Of a stretch of 64,000 bases of DNA, positions 58,301 to 64,000 are shown piece by piece. Position 1 is the stretch's first letter, and each line of letters starts with the position of its first letter. The stretch covers positions 4,800,001 through 4,864,000 of the forward strand of contig OZ245006.1 in the NCBI GenBank assembly GCA_965223545.1, in the 5' to 3' direction. The position numbers were made by a program, and so were the translations under genes. The stretch is from Planctomycetota bacterium (GTDB lineage: Bacteria; Planctomycetota; UBA1135; UBA2386). The notes below the pieces were generated by a model, which saw only the letters and a program-made list of their open reading frames with translations, was not told the origin of the DNA and made no database searches.

Positions 58301-59095
58301 ATGACCGCCCAGGAAGCTTGCCGGCGTTCGACCCTGTTGTTGCTGGGTCGAGATCACTGCACCTATGGCCATCACGTCGTGGCGCGCTGCGGCGATCGCG
58401 CGCGCGGGGCGATCTCGGTGGGGGCCGACGTCGACTCCCCGGCACGCGAGTACAAGGGCGACCTCGCGGTGCCCAACGAGGACGCCGCGCTGGCGATCGA
58501 CGAGGGCGACCGCGTGCTGCTTGCGGTGGCTGATGCGCACTTCGGCCACCAGTCGAGCCATGACCTGCTGCGCGCGCTGGTGCTCGAGGCCGCGCCAGTG
58601 CCCGCCAACCCAGCGGAGCTCGAGCGCGTGCTGGCGCGGGTCGCGGCGCAGCCTGCGCGGCAGGACTACGCCTCCGAGACGTCGTTCGCGGTGGCGGTGC
58701 TCGACCGGCGGGAGGGCCGCGGCTTCGGCTGGTCGTTCGGCGACAGCAGCATCGCGCTAGTCGGTGCGGACCTCGATGCCGACCCCTTGCACCGCCGCGA
58801 GATGGCGTTCGTGTCCCCGGTGCGGCCGGAGAGCCTCGCCTTCGATCGCGGCCACCGGTTCGCGTTCGCCGCGGGTAGCGGTGAGGCAATGCTGGCGTAC
58901 ACCGACGGGATCGACGAGTGCCACTATCGCAGCCCGGAGACCTCGGTCACGCCGGCGTTGATTCGCGCCGAGTGGTGCGCGGCGGCGGGCAACCTCGATG
59001 CGTTCCTGGACGGTGTCGTCCGGCGAGCGCTGCGCGGTGTCGACGGTCACCCGGGTGGGCAGGACAACATCGCGATCCTCGCCGCGGCGGTTTGA
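58301..59095 (+). CDS. PP2C-family protein phosphatase-like protein
   Basis: NEDA, AVADAHFG, FGDS, YTDGI, GQDNI. Confidence 0.85.
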   Translation: MTAQEACRRSTLLLLGRDHCTYGHHVVARCGDRARGAISVGADVDSPAREYKGDLAVPNEDAALAIDEGDRVLLAVADAHFGHQSSHDLLRALVLEAAPVPANPAELERVLARVAAQPARQDYASETSFAVAVLDRREGRGFGWSFGDSSIALVGADLDADPLHRREMAFVSPVRPESLAFDRGHRFAFAAGSGEAMLAYTDGIDECHYRSPETSVTPALIRAEWCAAAGNLDAFLDGVVRRALRGVDGHPGGQDNIAILAAAV

Positions 59096-59122
59096 CGCGA
59101 CGGCCACCTCGCGCGATCGGCC

Positions 59123-60469
59123 TCAGCGAAACTGCCGCAACGCTGGGTCCGGCGACGGCATCGCGTCCAGTGCGCGGCGCAACCGTGTGTGCACGTCTCG
59201 CAGGGCGCTGTCCTCGGCTGTTGGCAGCGGCGCCTGTTCGTCGGGATCTTCGCGCATATCGAACAGCCGGCCGTCGTCGTAGAGCTTGTAGCGTGCACTG
59301 CGCGCGAACCGGATCGCGGTTTCCTCGGGGCGCGACAATGGCCGCGGCCAGTAGTGGAACGCACGCACGCGTCCCGCGTCGACCGGCCCACCGCGCAGGA
59401 GCGGGACCAAGCTCTCCCCGTCGAGAGCGATCTCGTCGGGCCAGTCGGCGCCGCTGACCTCGAGCAGCGTCGGCAGCACGTCGGCGAAGTCGATCAGCTG
59501 GTCGCATTCGCTGCCGGCCTCGATGACCCCCGGCCAGTACGCGATGAACGGGACGTGCGTACCGCGGTCGGTCGTGCTGCCCTTGCCGCCGGACACCGTG
59601 CCGGCGGCCGTCTGCGAGTCGATCTTGCGGTGCGTGCCGTTGTCGCTGGTAAACAGCAGCAGGGTGTTCTCGGCATGGCCGGTCTCGCGCAGGATGTCGG
59701 CGATTGCGCCGACCAGCGCGTCCAGCTTGGCGACCATCGAGGCGAAGTGCTCCGGCCCGCGATCCTCCGCATCGGGCGGTGGCGCGCCATCACGCGGCGC
59801 GGCAACGAACGGCGAGTGGACCAGCGCCATCGGCCAGTACAGCAGGAACGGGCGCTCGGTGGTTTCACGGATGAATTGCTCGGCGTAGGCAGCGAACCGA
59901 TCCGGGCCGTAGTGCGCCGCGGCGAGCTCCGCCGTGACGCCGTCGGTGGTGAGGGTCGGGCGCCAGTAGCGGTGGCCGAGGGTGCGCACCTGCCACAGGC
60001 AGTGCCGCGCGAAGCCCGCATCCTCGGGCATCGCGCCGGCGTCTTGCCGCGGCGGTCCGTACAGCTCGGTGCCGCGCAGCTGCCACTTGCCGATGACCGC
60101 GGTGTCGTAGCCGGCGTCGGCGAGCGCGTGGCCAAAGGTGCGCTGGCTGGGATCGAGCACGCCGAACGCGACGTAGTTGCGCGCGTTGCTGCGGCCGGTC
60201 ATCAGCTTGACCCGACTGGGCGTGCACAGCGGTTGGCTGTGGCACTGGGTGAACCGCATCCCGCCGGCGGCCAGCGCGTCGATGCGCGGCGTCTCGTAGC
60301 CCGTGCCGCCGTAGCAGCCAAAGGCCTCGACGCCGACGTCATCGGCGAGGATCAACACGACGTTGGGCGGCCGCGCAGCGGACTGTGCCGCCGCCGCGGC
60401 GATCAGGATCGACCCGGCGGCGGCTTCACGCGCCCCGCGTCGCCATCTCGGTGCCGATGTGAATGCCAA
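59123..60469 (-). CDS. Arylsulfatase-like sulfatase (start uncertain)
   Basis: PNVVLILADD, CTPSR, GKW, LVHSP, FTSDNG, GTHVP. Confidence 0.92.
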   Translation of the reverse strand: MAFTSAPRWRRGAREAAAGSILIAAAAAQSAARPPNVVLILADDVGVEAFGCYGGTGYETPRIDALAAGGMRFTQCHSQPLCTPSRVKLMTGRSNARNYVAFGVLDPSQRTFGHALADAGYDTAVIGKWQLRGTELYGPPRQDAGAMPEDAGFARHCLWQVRTLGHRYWRPTLTTDGVTAELAAAHYGPDRFAAYAEQFIRETTERPFLLYWPMALVHSPFVAAPRDGAPPPDAEDRGPEHFASMVAKLDALVGAIADILRETGHAENTLLLFTSDNGTHRKIDSQTAAGTVSGGKGSTTDRGTHVPFIAYWPGVIEAGSECDQLIDFADVLPTLLEVSGADWPDEIALDGESLVPLLRGGPVDAGRVRAFHYWPRPLSRPEETAIRFARSARYKLYDDGRLFDMREDPDEQAPLPTAEDSALRDVHTRLRRALDAMPSPDPALRQFR

Positions 60470-60881
60470 TCACCGCAACGTAGCACAGCACGGCGACGGG
60501 CAGGAGTCGCTGTGCGAGCCGAAACCGGCAGTGCAGCAGCAGCGCGGCACAGACCGCGGCAGTCACTCCGAGCTTGACCGCGGCGAACGCCCACAGCCCG
60601 CCCCACTGAAGAGTCCACGCCAGGAGGGGATTGGCCTCCGGTGTGCCGCGCTGCAGGTGCGCGACCGTCCACGCCCAATCGACGACCGAGAGCAGGCCCA
60701 GCCCGCCGATCAGCAGCCACGCCCACGACGGAAACCGATCGGCGTAGCACTCGTGCCGCTCGCCGGCGCGCCGGCCGCCGCGACGCCGGCCGACCAAGGT
60801 GTAGCGCGACAGCATCGGCGTGGGGCGCCGCCGTCGGTCGGCGAGGCGCCGGTCGGGGGAAGGAGGGGTGGTGTGGGTCAC
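60426..60881 (-). CDS. DUF5658-like small membrane protein
   Basis: LSVVD..WT, EANPLL, F..VK motifs with TMs. Confidence 0.65.
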   Translation of the reverse strand: MTHTTPPSPDRRLADRRRRPTPMLSRYTLVGRRRGGRRAGERHECYADRFPSWAWLLIGGLGLLSVVDWAWTVAHLQRGTPEANPLLAWTLQWGGLWAFAAVKLGVTAAVCAALLLHCRFRLAQRLLPVAVLCYVAVIGIHIGTEMATRGA

Positions 60882-60990
60882 GGGTCAAGAAGCTTGGTCG
60901 AAACCGGCGGCGCGTGCCAAACGCGGAGTCTCACTTCGAGACGGGGCGCGGCTGCAGGCCCGATGTCACTGGGTCGCCGGCTCCATCCGT

Positions 60991-61589
60991 TCAGCGCGGC
61001 CACGGCCGCAACCAAACTCGGATGCCGCTTTTTCCCGGAGCGGCTTGGAAGGTCCGACCCATCCGCCGCCGCGCTGAGCGCAGACGCCAGTGTTGTCCTC
61101 GAGCCTCCGGGAGCTGCGTTGTCGAAGTTCCAGCGACAACGAGCCTTCCGAAAGGTTGTCGCCGCGCGAAGATTTGCGGACCCTGAGGCTCAGCGCGGCC
61201 ACGACCGCAACCAAATTCGGATGCCGCTCTCGCCGGAACGGTTTGGAAGGCCGGACCCATCCGCCGCCGCGCTGAGCCAGGAGGCACTGTCTCTCCGAGC
61301 CTCCGGCGCCGCGGCGACGTTGCCATGGCAGCGGCGTCGCCTCGAGAATGTTGTCGCCGCTCGACGATTCGTGGCGCCGGAGGCTCAGCGCGGCCGAGGC
61401 CGCAACCAAACACGGAGCATTCCGCGTCCCGAGCGTCGGTCGCGGGTCCCGCGGTCGCCGGCGGCCGCGCTGAGCCCAGAGGCCAGTGTTGTCTTCGAGC
61501 CTCCGGGAGTTGCGGTATCGAAGTCCCGGCGACGACGGGCCTTCCGAAAGGTTGTTGCCGCTCGAACGTTCTCGGACCCTGAGGCTCAG
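60991..61589. repeat. Three ~198-bp tandem units with nested inverted repeats
   Basis: Units start TCAGCGCGGCC.(c/a)G.CCGCAACCAAA at 60991, 61190 and 61385 (next TCAG at 61586); each has TCAGCGCGGC/GCCGCGCTGA and GAGCCTC/GAGGCTC inverted repeats. Confidence 0.88.
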
Positions 61590-62761
61590 AACAGCCCTAC
61601 GCAGCTCGCGTTCGAGAGGAGCCCCTGCCCCGTCGAGGCATCGATCACCAGTGCCTGCACGCTCAGGATCTCTTCGCGGGGAAAGAGCGTCGAGCTGATC
61701 GGCACGTCGATCTGCACGGGTTGGCCAGCCGACACCGGCCCCGCGAACAGCACGGCGTGGTTCGCCTCGATCCAGAGCGGGCCCAGCTGGGTCCAGCGCA
61801 GCGGTCCGGGAACGCTGGTCACGACGATGGCGTTGCCGGTGGCGTGCGGCCACAGGGTGTTGTTCATCGTGTTGCCGAGAGAGGCGCCGTTGCTGACCAG
61901 TGCTGGAAACGCCAGTGGAATTTGCACCGCATACTGCACGATGCCGATGGGCACGGTCGGGTTTCTCACCAGAATGGTGTTTCCAGTGGCGACGATGGCC
62001 GGTTCGAACAGCGTAGGCACGCACGGCCGCAACAAGCCACACGACAGTCCTGCCCGAATGCTGCGTGCCCCGCTACCGGTGACGAGGACGATGCTCGCGT
62101 CGAGCATCATGGCCGATTCTTCAGTGCCGAGTGTGCCATTGTGTCCGAACACGTCGGTCTCGCTGATCGCGATGAAGCTGTTGCGAGCCTTGAAGCCGAT
62201 CGTGTTCGAGAAGCCGTTGGCGATCGCCTGCAGGGAGCAGTTGGTGATGTGGACTTCGCTCCCGTCGATGTCGATGGGCCAGATGTCCGTGATCGCGCTC
62301 GAGTTGAGGCTCACCCATTTGCTGTTTCGGATGCTCACCACCGGCCCGTTGATAAAGAACAGTGTCGGCCCGCGCAGGTGACTCAGGCGATCGATCACGA
62401 CCTGGCCGTCGCAGTCGGCGACGGCGAGAACTTTCATCGCCAAGGGTGTTGCTCCTGTGCCCAGGCCGACGATCGAGAATCGTTCGGTGGCCGGAAGTCC
62501 AACGATGCGGACTGTCTGACCGGAACCAAGCCGAACACCCGGTTCGCATTGCACGTTGATGCCGGCGCTCGTGGTCGCGCCGCTGTAGGTGCCGGTGCGA
62601 ACCAGGATCTTGTCGCCGCTGGTCGCCGCCGCGAACGCGGGCGGGAGGTCGGTGAAGGCGGCGCCCGGCCCGCCGGCGGCATCCACGATCCAGGTGGTTT
62701 GCGCGCTCAGCGGCGCGGAGAGCGCCACGGTGATGGCCGTGGGGACCAGAAACCACTGCAT
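61586..62761 (-). CDS. Secreted hypothetical protein (paralog of 31014..32213) with shared C-terminal module
   Basis: LSAQTTWIVDAAGGPGAAFTDLPPA..GD.ILVRTGTY; C-terminus SVQALVID..LSNA. Confidence 0.8.
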   Translation of the reverse strand: MQWFLVPTAITVALSAPLSAQTTWIVDAAGGPGAAFTDLPPAFAAATSGDKILVRTGTYSGATTSAGINVQCEPGVRLGSGQTVRIVGLPATERFSIVGLGTGATPLAMKVLAVADCDGQVVIDRLSHLRGPTLFFINGPVVSIRNSKWVSLNSSAITDIWPIDIDGSEVHITNCSLQAIANGFSNTIGFKARNSFIAISETDVFGHNGTLGTEESAMMLDASIVLVTGSGARSIRAGLSCGLLRPCVPTLFEPAIVATGNTILVRNPTVPIGIVQYAVQIPLAFPALVSNGASLGNTMNNTLWPHATGNAIVVTSVPGPLRWTQLGPLWIEANHAVLFAGPVSAGQPVQIDVPISSTLFPREEILSVQALVIDASTGQGLLSNASCVGLF

Positions 62762-62935
62762 ACCAAGTTTCTCCTTTCCCTGATAATAACAAGACAGGGT
62801 GGTTGGGCCAGGGCCTCGGCGTGGGACGCGGTCCTCTTGCGTTGGGCGAGCTTCGCCCCGCCCGTTGATGCGCTCAAGCGAGCCGGATGTCGTGGCGCGC
62901 TGCGGGCAGCGGTGCGACCGGTTGGTTGCGACTGG

Positions 62936-63436
62936 TCATGCCCCTTTGGCTTCTTGCTGCTCACTGCTGCATGAGGGTGATCCTTCGATCCGGATTCGAT
63001 CGAGCATGGAAAGGAACGTCTCGAGTTCCCGGGCCGACAACTTGCCCGTGAAGTGCTCCCGGATGTTCGCGCTGTGCACCAACGCCGCGGCGTCGAGAGC
63101 TTTGGCTCCGCTGGCGGTAATCGCCGCCAGCTGAACGCGTCGGTCAGCTGAGGAGCCTCGTCGCTCGACGTACCCGGCCTCAACGAGGCGATCGATCAAC
63201 CGGGTCATGCCCCCCGAGCTGAGCGACGTGAGCGCGCAAAGCTCTCCCATCGTGATGGCTTTCTCTGGAGTGAGAGCGATTCGAATCAGGGCATCGAACC
63301 ACGTGTGAGACATGCCCGAACGACGCTTCAGCTCAGTCTTCAGAACCCGCTCGACGCTCCGGTATGCGCTCAGGAGCGTGCCGAACGCCATCACATCGGG
63401 GTCCTTGTCCGCTTTCGTTCGAGGGATGCCTGCCAT
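62936..63436 (-). CDS. MarR-family transcriptional regulator
   Basis: LSSGGMTRLIDRL..GYVER...DRR...IT..G. Confidence 0.92.
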   Translation of the reverse strand: MAGIPRTKADKDPDVMAFGTLLSAYRSVERVLKTELKRRSGMSHTWFDALIRIALTPEKAITMGELCALTSLSSGGMTRLIDRLVEAGYVERRGSSADRRVQLAAITASGAKALDAAALVHSANIREHFTGKLSARELETFLSMLDRIRIEGSPSCSSEQQEAKGA

Positions 63437-63459
63437 CGCAGAATCTTATCGACGAGAGG

Positions 63460-63519
63460 TTGACAGGCATCTTCTTCGTGCGCAGAATCTCGCTGAACAT
63501 TATCTGCGAAGTGAGATAA
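63460..63519 (+). promoter_or_regulatory. Putative sigma70 promoter and MarR operator
   Basis: TTGACA 63460-65, 17-nt spacer, CAGAAT 63483-88; inverted repeat TTATCT-N8-AGATAA 63500-19. Confidence 0.55.
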
Positions 63520-63551
63520 GCGAATGAATCAGGCAAGGAGCTGATCCCAGC

Positions 63552-64000
63552 ATGACCATCACACACAGATCCCCTGGGCTGGCTGCGCTGGCCCTACTGA
63601 CCTTCGGCTGCGCCTCCGTCGAGCCCGCCGCCGTTTCCGACTCAGGAGCGGACATGACCCGAGAAGAAAGCGCCAAAAAGGTGGCTGTCGCCGAGATGGC
63701 ATCGTTGTTCAAGGACTTCGATCAAGACGCGGCGAGGACGCTCATCGCGCCGGACCTCGTTCAGCACAACCTCACCATTCCGAACGGGGGAGAAGTCCTC
63801 GTCGGCTTCATTCCTGCGCTGAAAGACAGCGGCATCACGGCCACGACGCATCGACTGATCGCCGAAGGCGATCTCGTCGTCGCGCACAACACCTACAACA
63901 ACGCCAACCTATTCGGCGGCGAGCACCTGGTGTCTTTCGACGTGTTTCGCGTCGAGGATGGCCGCGTAGTGGAGCATTGGGACAATCTGACCCCGGTGAC
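63552..64000 (+). CDS. SnoaL/NTF2-like lipoprotein (runs off the window)
   Basis: Manual translation: AAGGAG RBS, MTITHRSPGLAALALLTFGC..., VQHN..IPNG, RLIAEGDLVVAH, FDVFRVEDGRVVEHWD. Confidence 0.85.
   Translation, partial: MTITHRSPGLAALALLTFGCASVEPAAVSDSGADMTREESAKKVAVAEMASLFKDFDQDAARTLIAPDLVQHNLTIPNGGEVLVGFIPALKDSGITATTHRLIAEGDLVVAHNTYNNANLFGGEHLVSFDVFRVEDGRVVEHWDNLTPV

Noticed and set aside
61271..61285. GAGCCAGG in the repeat array as another IS110 target
   Set aside because: Only 8 nt match, the flanks lack the CGGAGC/GCTCCG hairpin, and it is absent from the other units.
60991..61589. CRISPR array
   Set aside because: Period is about 198 bp, the interiors are homologous to each other rather than unique spacers, and there are no cas genes in the window.
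60363..62381. 672-aa ORF with repeated peptides across the 198-bp array
   Set aside because: It overlaps real minus-strand genes in antisense; unit lengths of 199/195/201 and conserved inverted repeats point to nucleotide-level rather than protein-level constraint.

Overview
High-GC bacterial window, most likely from a Planctomycetota genome (inference from DUF1080 proteins, a sulfatase, a MoxR/vWA operon, and SBBP, ELWxxDGT and FG-GAP surface proteins). I found no rRNA, tRNA or CRISPR array. It holds an ~18 kb minus-strand MoxR-vWA-DUF58 plus double ABC-transporter operon (4085-22534), several metabolic genes, and at least seven secreted proteins that share a conserved C-terminal module. The main feature is three apparently identical copies of a 1645-bp IS110-family (DEDD recombinase) element. 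Their junctions can be read to the base: 2-nt core AG/CT, no terminal inverted repeats, and a conserved 28-bp hairpin-forming target. An empty target lies next to copy 3, inside an ~85-bp-arm intergenic palindrome. The 250-bp left non-coding end is structured and contains exact copies of the target-side (GAGCCAG) and donor-side (CAGGTCAG) junction sequences, so it is a candidate bridge RNA. Copies 1 and 2 form a 1818-bp tandem duplication that also carries 173 bp of flanking host DNA, joined precisely at an AG core. A separate array of three ~198-bp structured repeats sits at 60991-61589. Two, possibly three, single-base frameshifts look like sequencing errors.
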